The notes beneath the pieces were generated by a model that saw only the letters and a list, made by a program, of their open reading frames with translations, did not search any database and was not told the DNA's origin. Position numbers and translations under genes: made by a program. This document shows, one piece after another, positions 37,036 through 49,497 of a DNA stretch of 64,000 nt (position 1 is its first letter; the number at the start of each line of letters is the position of its first letter). The stretch comes from Mobula hypostoma (taxonomy: Eukaryota): the NCBI RefSeq assembly GCF_963921235.1, contig NC_086098.1, forward strand, positions 6,324,001-6,388,000. The letters are read 5' to 3'.

Positions 37036-37837
37036 CTGATTGCTAGCATTGCGAAGCATTACACTACCATGTCACCCTTGTCGATAAGACAGCGAGTTCT
37101 GACAGACGTAATCTTTGATAATAGGTAAGATGAGGCAGCAATGACAGAGGTGGAACCAGATGGAAATATGCCGATTAAAGGAACACTCAAAACCCTGAAC
37201 AGTGTTTGGTCAGTGAATCTGATGGAAACTACAAACAGCGGGCGAGGAAGGCGTAAAAGCCACATACGCATTAGAAATGGACACGGTGCTGGAATCTGGA
37301 CTGCAAACTGTGGAACAGAAACCAGTGTTTGAAACAAGATAAAGACACAAGCTAGCACAAACAAGCGACCAATGACAAAAAAGACCCAAGCATAAAGTTT
37401 GAAGAGAACACAGATCATGACTGTGATTCTACAGATTACCTGTCAATCATTTCTCTTCTGTAATGTTTTGGGTGAATCAGATTGAGAACAGTTAGTTCTT
37501 GAAAGAAAAACATGAAATTGCATCAGCAATTTTTTTCATAATCTTGGCAATGAAGGATCGAGAATTTCAGGAATTTCATCTTCAAGGACTCAACAACTCA
37601 TGTTCTCAGTATAAATATTATATAATATTATATTTATAAGTATTATTATTTGTTTTTTATTTGGACAGTTCATCTTTCTTTACATGTTTTTTTGTCAGTC
37701 TTAGTTTAGTTTTTCATTGTTTCAACGGTTTCTTCTGCAAGAAAATTAGTTGGGTGAGGTCTGTCATTGATTCCATTATGGTTATTGGATTTGTTGAGTG
37801 TGCCTTCATGCAAATTAATCTCAAGGTTGTATATGGT

Positions 37838-37839
37838 CT

Positions 37840-37879
<40 letters not shown>

Positions 37880-37905
37880 CAGAGATAGAGAGAGAGAGAG
37901 AGAGA
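37838..37905. repeat. Compound (CA)n(TA)n(GA)n microsatellite
   Basis: Direct reading. Confidence 0.95.
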
Positions 37906-38261
37906 TAATAAATTTACTTTGAAATTTGAACTTTGGCAATGTTGAGTCTGTGTGCGTGTTGTCGCAAGGTTGTTGGTGGATTACTTGGAGCAGGTAGAAC
38001 TCAGCCATGGAGTTTATCCATAATAATAAAAAAACAACTCTTGGATTATTTAGAGCAGGAAGAGTTCATCTGTGATAAAAAAAAACAATATATTAGATTA
38101 TTTTGTGCAAGATCTCATCCGAGATACTTGCGTAAAGGGTAAAAGTGGTGGATGGATTTCTAGCAAGGTGTGAAAAATGAAAAAGATTTGGGAAAAGCTT
38201 GCTTTAGGACTCGGACTTTAAAAAAATCAAGATGGCTAAGGATGCTAAAGGGCAACAAAAA

Positions 38262-39075
38262 TATAAACACAAGAGATTCTGCAGATGCTGGAAATCCAGA
38301 GTAACAAACACAAAATGCTGGAGGAACTCAGCAGGTCAAGTAGCATTTATGGAAAAAAATAATGAGTCAACTTTTTGGGTCAAGACCCTTCACCGGTACT
38401 CTAAACAGATACCCTAACTATTGAGTTCATGTCCTTCAGTACTGTGCCAAATATATTGGTGAGATCTGTCGTAAATTGGAGGACTACTTCGTCGAGCACC
38501 TCTGCACCATCCACTAACTTCCTAGTGGCCAAACATTTTAATTCCCATTCTCATTCCTGTTACTGCATGTCAGTCTATGGCCTCCTCTTTTGCCAAGATG
38601 AAGTCAACCTCAGGGTGGAGGAGTAACACTTTATATTCCGACTGGGTAGCCTCCAACTTGATGGCATAAATATCGATTTCTCCTTCTGGTAAAAAAAAAG
38701 ACCCTCTTTTCTTCTATTCCCTATTCTGGCCTCTTACCTCTTCTTGTCTGCCTATCACCTCCTACTGGATCTCCTCATCCATCCCTTTCTTCTATGGCCC
38801 ACCTGTGTCTCCTATCAGATTCCTTCTTCTCCAGCTCTTTACCTTTCCCACCCACTTGGCTTCACCTATCACCTTTTAGCTATCCACCTTCCCCTCTCCC
38901 CACCTTCTTTTTTGCCATCTTCCCCCTTTCTTTACAGTCCAAAAGAAAGGTCTCTGCCCAGAACGTGGATGGTATGTTCATTTCCACAGATGTGGCCTGA
39001 TCTGCTGATTTCCTCCACCAATTTGTGTGCGTTAGTCTGGATTTCCAGAATCCACAGACTTCCTCATGTTTGTAT
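38262..39075. mobile_element. Old Penelope remnant: inverted terminal repeat, GIY-YIG C-terminal fragment and terminal repeat
   Basis: FVEHL...VAKHFNS.SHS...RVEE motif at 38480-38660; terminal-repeat motifs in opposite orientation at both ends. Confidence 0.7.
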
Positions 39076-39438
39076 TTTTTGTAGCTACTAGTTATAATTG
39101 TTAAATGTTTGTGTTAAGATTTAAATAAACTGCAAATTGCATTCATTTTATTCAAAATGATGGAGATAATTATGTTAATGTAAGAATAATAGAAAAGGAT
39201 TTCAAACTGGGGGGGGGGGGCTACATGTGGAAGGACCAAAAATGCAAGATGCTTCACTGGAATTACAGATGCTGAAGGTACCGCTGAATATTTTTATTGC
39301 TTTGTGATTATTACTGTAATGGAGACAACGGGCGGTTAATTTAATGCAAAAAGCTCCTAAATTAATGGCCAGATAATTAGTGAGAATCATAAGGAAATAT
39401 CCCCTGCTGCTATACAAAAGAACCTCTGGAAGGAATTC

Positions 39439-40195
39439 TGGCACAGTAGCATAGTGGTTAGCACAACGTGTTATAATACAGGCAATGCAGGTTCAATTCC
39501 CACCGCTGCCTTTAAGGACTTTCTACGCACTCTCTGTGATTACGTGGGTTTCCTCCAGATGCTCTGGTTTCCTCCCACAGTCCAAAGACGTACCAGCTGG
39601 TAGCTTAAGTGGTCATTGTAAATTGTCCTGTGATTGATTCCTGGGATGGCAGGACTTTCATATGAAGAAAGACTGGATGAACTGGGCTTGTACTCGTTGG
39701 AATTTAGAAGATTGAGGGGGGATCTGATTGAAACGTATAAAATCCTAAAGGGATTGGACAGGCTAGATGCAGGAAGATTGTTCCCGATGTTGGGGAAGTC
39801 CAGAACAAGGGGTCACAGTTTGAGGATAAAGGGGAAGCCTTTTAGGACCGAGATTAGGAAAAACTTCTTCACACAGAGAGTGGTGAATCTGTGGAATTCT
39901 CTGCCACAGGAAACAGTTGAGGCCAGTTCATTGGCTATATTTAAGAGGGAGTTAGATATGGCCCTTGTGGCTACGGGGATCAGAGGGTATGGAGGGAAGG
40001 CTGAGGCGGGTTTCTGAGTTGGATGATCAGCCATGATCATAATAAGTGGCGGTGCAGGCTCGAAGGGCCGAATGGCCTACTCCTGCACCTATTTTCTATG
40101 GTTCTATGGGCTAGGATTAAATCAGGGGATTGCTGGATGGTGTGGCTTGAAGGGCCAAAAGGGTCTATTCTGTGCTGTATCTCAATCAATCAATA
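39439..40195 (+). mobile_element. HE1/V-type SINE split by a young CR1 3' fragment (39633-40108)
   Basis: SINE head and V-domain at 39439-39632, resuming ggctaggattaaatc at ~40109; CR1 ORF 39634-40017. Confidence 0.88.
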
Positions 40196-42305
40196 GGTAG
40201 GTAAACAGATAAATCTTTCTACCTGAAAGATTTCTATCTTTCCTTTATACCTGAGAGAACAGACAATGCTTGTGACTAAGAAGCAAGGATTCCAGCATTG
40301 AGCCATATGTGGCTTATTGAATTTAGGGCTAAAATACACAGCAAAATACTAATGCATGATGAAGCCATGCAGTGAACAATGTTACTCTGGAAAATATCAA
40401 TAAACTGCTGCTTGGAACAAGTACATCAGACAGCACAATATAAATAGCAGCTATATCGGAACGTAGTCAGGGTCATATGTAAATTAGATAAATAGTTAAA
40501 AGTGTATTTGCAAATAAACTAACAGGAGAGTTTTCTGTTACAATTGACAGTATCCAGTACATGAGACTATACTACATAGAAGCAGAATTAGGCCTTTTGG
40601 CCCACTGAGTCTGCTCCACCATTAAATCATAGCTGATCCATTTTCCCTCTCAGTCCCAATCTCCTGCCTTCTCCCCATAACCTTTGATGCCTTACTGATC
40701 AAGAATCCATCAATCTCTGCTTTAAGTATATCCAATGGCCTGGCCTTCACAGCCGTCTGTGGCAACGAATCCACAAATTCACCACCGTCTGGCTAAAGAA
40801 GTTCCTTCTCATTGCTGTTCTAAATAGATGTCCCTCTATTCTGAGGCTGTGCCCCCTGGTCCTAGACTCCCCCACGATAGGAAACATCCTCTCCATGTCC
40901 ATGGCTGTAAGTAGTTTGTACGTTCTCCCTGTGACTGCATGGCTTTGACTTTTTACCATCAGGCAGGAGACTATGATGTATAAAAACAAGAACAGTCAGG
41001 ATGAGAAACAGTTTCTTCCTCCAGGCCATTAGGATTCTGAATTCCTGGCCGCATTCGAAGTGTCACTGGTTAATCTGTTCCATACCTTACAATATTTAAT
41101 ATTATGCACTTTAGTTTGTTATTTAAGTGTGATTCATCTGTAGACTGTATCCTTACCTTCATAACTTCTCTTGTGTTATGTCTGTTATGTTCACTACTGT
41201 GCTTTATACCTTGGTTCGGAGAAACGTTGTCTCATTTCTGTATACATGTATATAGTTAAATAACAATAAACTTATCTTGACTTGACCTTCCTCTGGGAGC
41301 TCTGCTTTCATCCCACATCCGGTTTGGGTTAGAGAGTTGTGGGCCTGCTATGTTGCGTTGGAAGTGTGGCAAAATGTGTAGGATGCCCCCAGCACAATTA
41401 CGCTGAATTGATTTGATAGAAACAATACATATCACCGTATGCTTAGTACATGTGACTAATAATGCTACTTCTAGATCTTAGATTTTGTCTCGAGAATTTT
41501 TTTGTGTGTTGTTTAAGATCTGTTAGAGCAGCAAAAAAAAACCTAACAAAAATCATTTTCTCTTTAGTTGCAATGACATTTCAGTGAAAATATCACACTG
41601 TAAGTGAGGAAAAAAGTATTCAAAACAGAATGGAAGATGTCAATTGAAAAAAGAAAAAATATTATTTACAAAGATTGCCAATTATTTTTCCATTCAGATC
41701 AAGTGTCAAGTTCAGGACAGTTTCTTCATGACTGGCTGTTCGCAATCAGCTGATTTGTCATCTTGATCATCTGTTAAATAGCTCAAAGGTGGCATAATGC
41801 TTGTGCAATGATAGATACTTGCTACTATCTCATTATTTTTTACATAGTTCCTTGACAGATTCGGAGTATGAGAGATCAGTCAACCACATCAGCTTGACTG
41901 ACGCTTCTGTTACGCAGTGAGCCACGATAGATTTCTTGAAGTGGAGCGTGGCAGCACACGCGTGGGTCATTGACGGCCAGGTAAGGCTCACAACTTCAGT
42001 CCAGGCCTGTGCATTTCTGGGACTTCGGTAAACTACGATGAAAGGCCAGCTTTTCAGAAGTGCCAAATGACAAAGCTAAACAAAGTGTTCAGGAAAGGGC
42101 AGAGGTCAGCGATATTTTTCTCAGTTACAAACTCAGCCAAAGTGACGAGCACTGATAGTTTCTACCTCAATGCTGAATTAGGCTGTAAGGAGGTGTGAGA
42201 ATATTCGACAGGTCAAGGCAGTGACAGAGGGTAGGAGCATCTCCTGCCTCCTCACAGTTAAACCCTGGTTACTAAAATCAGAATCAGGTTTAATATCACC
42301 AGTAT

Positions 42306-43846
42306 ATAGAAACGGAGAAAAGCTACAGCACAAAACAGGCCCTTTGGTTCACAAAGCTGTGCCAAACATATCCTTACCTTAGAAATTACTGGGCTTTACA
42401 CATAGACCTCTAATTTTCTGAGCTCTGTGTACCTGTCCAGCAGTCCATAGAACCATAGAACCATAGAAACTACAGCACAGAAACAGGCCCTTTGGCCCTT
42501 CTTGGCTGTGCCGAACCATTTTCTGCCTAGTCCATAGTCTCTTAAAAGACCCTATCGTATCCGCCTCTACCAGCGTTGCCGGCAGCCCATTCCATGCACT
42601 CACCACTCTGCGTAAAAAACTTACCCCTGACATCTCCTCCGTACCTAATTTCAAGTACCTTAAAACTGTGCCCTCTCGTGCTAGCCATTTCAGCTCTGGG
42701 AAAAAGCCTCTGACTATCCACACAATCAATGCCTCTCATCATCTTATACTATCAGGTCACCACTCATCCTCCGTCGTTCCAAGGAAAAAAGGCTGAGTTC
42801 ACGCAACCTATTCTCATAAGGCATGCTCCCCAATCCAGGCAACATCCTTGTAAATCTCCTCTGCACCCTTTCTATGGCTTCCACATCCTTCCTATAGTGA
42901 GGTGACCAGAACTGAGTACAGTACTCCAAGTGGGATCTGACCAGGGTCCTATATAGCTACAACATTACCTCTCAGCTCCTAACTCAATCCCACGATTGAT
43001 GAAGGCCAATACACCATATGCCTTCTTAACCACAGAGTCAACCTGCGCAGCAGCTTTGAGTGTCCTATGCACTCAGACCCCAAGATCCCTCTGATCCTCC
43101 ACACTGCCAAGAGTCTTACCTTTTATACTATATCCTGTCATCATATTTGACCTACCAAAATGAATCACCTCATACTTATCTGGGTTGAACTCCATCTGCC
43201 ACTTCTCAGCCCAGTTTTGCATCCTATCAATGTCCCGCTGTAACCTCTGACAACCCTCCACACTATCCACAGCACACCTTTGTGTCATCAGTTTATTAAA
43301 ATCATGAAGAGTAGGTGTCCCAGAACAGATCCCTGAGGCACACTACTGGTCACTGACCTCCATGCAGAATATAACCCATCCACAACCACACTTTGCCTTC
43401 TGTGGGAAAGACAGTTTTGGATCCACAAAGCTATGTCCCCTTGGATCCCATGCCTCCTTACTTTCTCAATAAACTTTGCATGGGGTACCTTATCAAATGC
43501 CTTGCTGAAATCCATATACACTACATCTACTGCTCTACCTTCATCAATGTGTAGTCATATCCTCAAAAGATTCAATCAGGCTCATAAGGCACAATTTGAC
43601 TTTGACAAAGCCATGCTGACTATTCTTAATCATATACACAAAATAATCTGCAGATGCTGGGGTCAAAGCAACACTCACAACACGCTGGAGGAACTCAGCA
43701 GGTTGGGCAGCATCCGTGAAAACGATCAGTCAACGTTTCGGGCCAGAACCCTTCGTCAGGACTGATGCCTAATCATATTATGCCTCTCCAAGTGTTCATA
43801 AGTCCTGCCTCTCAAGATCTTCTCCATCAACTTACCAACCACTGAA
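42306..43846 (-). mobile_element. Degraded HER1-like CR1 RT and 3' UTR with nested insertions
   Basis: [36 protein letters not shown] fragments; nested CR1 tail at 42445-42533 and Penelope piece at 43636-43765. Confidence 0.88.
43726..43765 (-). ncRNA. Minimal type I hammerhead ribozyme motif, best-preserved copy
   Basis: TCAGTC-CTGACGA-A-GGG ttctgg CCC-GAAACGTT-GACTGA: 6-bp stem I, intact core, palindromic AACGTT stem III. Confidence 0.8.
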
Positions 43847-44099
43847 GCATATGTCAGGAAATTGTTAACTTTGTGGCAGCAGTACATGCAATGCATAAAA
43901 GTTGAGAAAATCTGAAATATAGCAAGTATATGCATATTAAATAGTTAAATTAAATAAGTAGTGCTAAAATAAAAATTTTTAAAATGAGGTAGTGTTCATG
44001 GGTTCAATGTTCATTGAGAAATCAAATGCCAGAGGGGAAGAAGTTGTTCCTGAATCATTGAGTTTGTCCCTTCAGCCTTCTGACCCTCCTCTCTGATGG

Positions 44100-44665
44100 C
44101 CACCCAGTTCAATAATACTTCCCATTCGCATTCTAACATGTTAGTCCATGGCCTCCTCTTCTGCCATGATCAGGCCACACTCAGGTTGGAGTAGTAACAC
44201 CTCATATTCCATTTGGGTTGCCTCAAGACTGATGGCATGAACATCAATTCCTCGAATGTCTGGTACCTGGCCCCACTCCTCCCCTTCACCATTCCTCATT
44301 CTTGTTTCCTCCTCCCTCACACCTTCTTGTCTTATCTGCCCATCACTTCCCTATTGTGTTCCTCCCCTTCCCTTTCTTCCATGGTCTTCTGTCCTCTCCT
44401 ATCAGATTACCTTTCTCCAGCCCTTTATCTCTTCGACTAATCAACTCCTCAACTCTTTACTTCACCCCTCCCCTTTTCTCGGTTTCACCCATTACCTACC
44501 ACTTTGTACTTCTTCCTCCCATCCGCACACAAGCTTATTCTGACTTCTTCTCCCTTCCTTTCCAGTCCTGATGAAGGGTGTCGGCCAGAAACGTCGATTG
44601 TTTATTCCCATCCACAGATGCTGCCTGACCTGCTGAGCTCCTCCAGCACATTATGCGCATTGCTC
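44100..44665 (+). mobile_element. Penelope 3' end with hammerhead motif (44563-44600)
   Basis: GIY-YIG C-terminal remnant (HLIFHLGCLKTDGMNINSSN); cagtc-ctgatga-aggg...gaaacgtc-gattg. Confidence 0.75.
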
Positions 44666-44802
44666 TACATTTTAACATCTCATGTTTATTAAATGGCTTC
44701 CAAGGTCTCAAGAACTTTACAGATTAACGATGAAAGATTAGCTCTATTGCACACACATATAGTACATCCTCCTATTTAGCTATAAACTCCAAATCAAAAT
44801 AG

Positions 44803-45372
44803 TAAACACAAAATACTCTGCAGATGCTGGGGTCAAAGCAACACTTACAACACACTGGAGGAACTCAGCAAGTCGGGCAGCATCCGTGGAAAAGATTGGT
44901 CAACATTTCAGGCCGGAACCCTTCGTCAGGACTGTAGGGGGAAGGGGCAGAGGCCCTATAAAGAAGGTGGGGGGAGGGTGGGAAGGAGAAGGCTGGTAGG
45001 TTCCAGGTGAAAAACCAGTAAGGGGAAAGATAAAGGGGTGGGAGAGGGGAAGCAGGGAGGGTATAGGCAGGAATGGTGAAGAAGGAACAGGGGAAAACAC
45101 AATGGGTAGTAGAAGGAGCCGGAACCATGAGGGAGGTGATAGGCAGCTGGGGGAGGGGGCGGAGTGACATAGGGATAGGGGAAGGGAGGGGGAGGGAATT
45201 ACCGGAAGTTAGAGAATTCTGTGTTCATACCAAGAGGCTGGAGACTACCTAGACATTATATGAGGTGTTGCTCTTCCAACCTGAGTTTAGCCTCATCATG
45301 GCAGTAGAGGAAGCCATGTATGGAATTATCTGAATGGGAGTGGGAAGCAGACTTGAAGTGGGTGGGTACTGG
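44803..45372 (-). mobile_element. Penelope 3' end with hammerhead motif (44898-44934)
   Basis: Highly similar to 62498-62960; cagtc-ctgacga-agg...cct-gaaatgttgacc on the minus strand. Confidence 0.85.
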
Positions 45373-46208
45373 GAGCAAAATAGGCTACACAACTTATACA
45401 CATATATATACTACATAATACAGCTATTATACTGAACATCTACAGCATAGTGAAATGCCCCATTAATAGACAATAGACAATAGACAATAGGTGCAGAAGT
45501 AAACCATTCGGCCCTTTGAGTCTGGTAGGTAGGCTGGTAGGTTCCAGGTGAAAAACCAGTAAGGGGAAAGATAAAGGGGTGGGGGAGGGGAAGCAGGGAG
45601 GTGATAGGCAGGAAAGGTGAAGAAGGAATAGGGGAAAACACAATGGATAGTAGAAGGAGGCGGAACTATGAGGGAGATGATATCATTCTGAGATCATGGC
45701 CGATCATCTACTATCAATACCCAGTTCCTGCCTTGTCCCCATAACCCTTGATTTCCCTATCCATAAGATACCTATCTAGCTCCTTCTTGAAAGCATCCAG
45801 AGAATTGGCCTCCACTGCCTTCTGAGGCAGCGCGTTCCACACCTCCACAACTCTCTGGGAGAAGAAGTTCCTCCTCAACTCTGTCCTAAATGACCTACCC
45901 CTTATTCTTAAACCACGCCCTCTGGTACTGGACTCTCCCAGCATCTGGAACATATTTCCTGCCTCTATCTTGTCCAATCCCTTAATAATCTTACATGTCT
46001 CAATCAGATCCCCCCTCAATCTCCTTAATTCCATTGTGTACAAGCCCAGTCTCTCTAACCTCTCTGCGTAAGACAGTCCGGACATCCCAGGAATTAACCT
46101 AGTGAACCTCCACAGCTAGGATGTCCTTCCTTAACCCTGGAGACCAAAACTGCACACAATACTCCAGGTGTGGTCTCACAGGGCCCTGTACAAATGCAAA
46201 AGGATTTC

Positions 46209-49200
46209 AATAGAACATAGAACATAGAACATAGAATAGTACAGCACAGTACAGCACAGTACAGGCTCTTCAGCCCACAATGTTGTGCCAACCCTCAAAC
46301 CCTGCCTCTCATATAAGCCCCCACCTTAGATTCCTCCATATACCTGTCTAGTAGTCTCTTAAACTTCACTAGTGTATCTGCCTCCACCACTGACTCAGGC
46401 AGTGCATTCCACGCACCAACCACTCTCTGAGTAAAAAACCTTTCTCTAATATCCCCCCTGAACTTCCCACTCCTTACCTTAAAGCCATGTCCTCTTGTAT
46501 TGAGCAGTGGTGCCCTGGGGAAGAGGCGCTGGCTATCCACTCTATCTATTCCTCTTATTATCTTGTACACCTCTATCATGTCTCCTCTCATCCTCCTTCT
46601 CTCCAAAGAGTAAAGCCTTAGCTCCTTTAATCTCTGATCATAATGCATACTTTCTAAACCAGGCAGCATCCTGGTAAATCTCCTCTGTACCATTTCCAAT
46701 GCTTCCACATCCTTCCTATAGTGAGGTAACCAGAACTGGACACAATACTCCAAGTGTGGCCTAACCAGAGTTTTATAGAGCTGCATCATTACATCGCAAC
46801 TCTTAAACTCTATCCCTCGACTTATGAAAGCTAACACCCCATAAGCTTTCTTAACTACCCTATCCACCTGTGAGGCAACTTTCAGGGATCTGTGGACACG
46901 TACCCCGAGATCCCTCTGCTCCTCCACACTACCAAGTATCCTGCCATTTACTTTGTACTCTGCCTTGGAGTTTGTCCTTCCAAAGTGTACCACCTCACAC
47001 TTCTTCGGGTTGAACTCAATCTGCCACTTCTCAGCCCACTTCTGCATCCTATCAATGTCTCTCGGTGATCTTTGACAATCCTCTACACTATCTACAACAC
47101 TACCAACCTTTGTGTCGTCTGCAAACTTGCCAACCCACCCCTCTACCCCCACATCCAGGTCGTTAATAAAAATCACGAAAAGTAGAGGTCCCAGAACAGA
47201 TCCTTGTGGGACACCACTAGTCACAATCCTCCAATCTGAATGTACTCCCTCTACCACGACCCTCTGCCTTCTGCAGGCAAGCCAATTCTGAATCCACCTG
47301 GCCAAACTTCCCTGGATCCCATGCCTTCTAACTTTCTGAATAAGCCTACCGCGTGGAACCTTGTCAAATGCCTTACTAAAATCCATACAGATCACATCCA
47401 CTGCACTACCCTCGTCTATATGCCTGGTCACCTCCTCAAAGAACTCTATCAGGCTTGTTAGACACGATCTGCCCTTCACAAAGCCATGCTGACTGTCCCT
47501 GATCAGACCATGCTTCTCTAAATGCCTATAGATCCTATCTCTAAGAATCTTTTCCAACAGCTTTCCCACCACAGACGTAAGGCTCACTGGTCTATAATTA
47601 CCCGGACTACCCCTACTACCTTTTTTGAACAAGGGAACAACATTCGCCTCCCTCCAATCCTTCAGTACCATTCCCGTGGACAATGAGGACATAAAGATCC
47701 TGGCCAAAGGCTCAGCAATCTCTTCTCTCACCTCGTGGAGTAGCCGGGGGAATATTCCGTCAGGCCCCGGGGACTTATCTGTCCGAATGTATTTTAACAA
47801 CTCCAACACCTCCTCTCCCTTAATATCAGAATGCTCCAGAACATCAACCTCACTCATATTGTCCTCACCATCACCAAGTTCCCTCTCATTGGTGAATACC
47901 GAAGAGAAGTATTCATTGAGGACCTCGCTCACTTCCACAGCCTCCAGGCACATCTTCCCACCTTTATCTCTAATCGGTCCTACCTTCACTCCTGTCATCC
48001 TTTTGTTCTTCACATAATTGAAGGATGCCTTGGGGTTTTCCTTTACCCTACTCACCAAGGCCTTCTCATGCCCCCTTCTTGCTCTTCTCAGCTCCTTCTT
48101 AAGCTCCTTTCTTGCTTCCCTATGTTCCTCAATAGATCCATCTGATCCTTGCTTCCTAAACCTCATGTATGCTGCCTTCTTCCTCCTGACTAGATCTTCC
48201 ACCTCACTTGTCACCCATGGTTCCTTCACCCTACCATTCTTTATCTTCCTCACTGGGACAAATTTATCCCTTACATCCCGCAAGAGATCTCTAAACATCG
48301 ACCACATGTCCATAGTACATTTCCCTGCAAAAACATCAACCCAATTCACACCTGCAAGTTCTAGCCTTATAGCCTCATAATTTGCCTTTCCCCAATTAAA
48401 AATTTTCCTGTCCTCTTTGATTCTATCCTTTTCCATGATAATTATAAAGGCCAGGGAGCGGTGGTCACTGTCCCCCAGATGCTCATGCACTGAGAGATCT
48501 GTGACCTGACCCGGTTCACTACCTAGTACTAGATCTAGTATGGCATTCCCCCGGTCGGCCTGTCCACATAGTGTGACAGGAATCCATCCTGGACACACTT
48601 AACAAATTCTGCCCCATCTGAACCCTTGGAACGAATCAGGTGCCAATCAATATTAGGGAAGTTAAAGTCACCCATGATAACAACCCTGTTATTTTTGCAC
48701 CTTTCCAAAATCTGCGTCCCAATCTGCTCCTCTGTATCTCTGCTGCTACCAGGGGGCCTATAGAATACCCCCAGTAGAGTAACTGCTCCGTTCCTGTTCC
48801 TGACTTCCACCCATATTGACTCAATAGAGGATCCTGCTACATTACCCACCCTTTCTATAGCTGTAATAGTATCCCTGACCAGTAATGCCACCCCTCCTCC
48901 CCTTTTCCTCTCTCTCTATCCCTTTTAAAGCACTGAAATCCAGGAATATTGAGAATCTATTCCTGCCCTGGTACCAGCCAAGTCTCTGTAACAGCGTAAT
49001 TCCATGTATGTATCCAATCTCTCAGTTCATCACCTTTGTTCCTGATGCTTCTTGCATTGAGGTACACACATTTCAGCCCTTCTACCTTGCTACCTTTACA
49101 CCGTTTATTCTGCTTCTCTTTCCTCAAAGCCTCACTGTATGTTAGATCTGGCTTTACTCCATGCACTTCTTTCACTGCTCTATTGCTCTGGATCCCATCC

Positions 49201-49497
49201 CCCTCGCAAATTAGTTTAAACCCGAACCATGCTAGCAAACCTACCTGCAAGGATATTGCTCCCTCTCAGGTTCAGGTGCAACCCATCCAATCTGTACAGG
49301 TCCCACCTTCCCCAGAAGAGATCCCAATGATCTAAAAATCTAAAACCCTGCTCCCCGCAACAACTCCTCAGCCACGCATTCAACTGCCATCTCCTCCAAT
49401 TCTTACCATCTCTGTCACGTAGCACTGGCAGCAATCCTGAGAATGTCACCCTTGAGGTCCTGTTCTTCAGCCTTCTGCCTAATTCCCAAAACTCACA
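46209..49497 (-). mobile_element. Near full-length HER1-like CR1: ORF1 esterase C-terminus plus ORF2 APE-RT
   Basis: ORF1 SGLLPV...GFRFLDHW...DGLHLN (49216-49449); APE motifs VTETW, GVFYRPP, GDFN, SDH; (tagaaca)n tail. Confidence 0.95.
46295..49090 (-). pseudogene. CR1 ORF2 (endonuclease-reverse transcriptase), frameshifted in the endonuclease, with a 767-codon open segment
   Basis: ORFs 48957-49250, 48535-48891 and 46295-48598 are consecutive parts of one protein; [27 protein letters not shown]. Confidence 0.9.
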
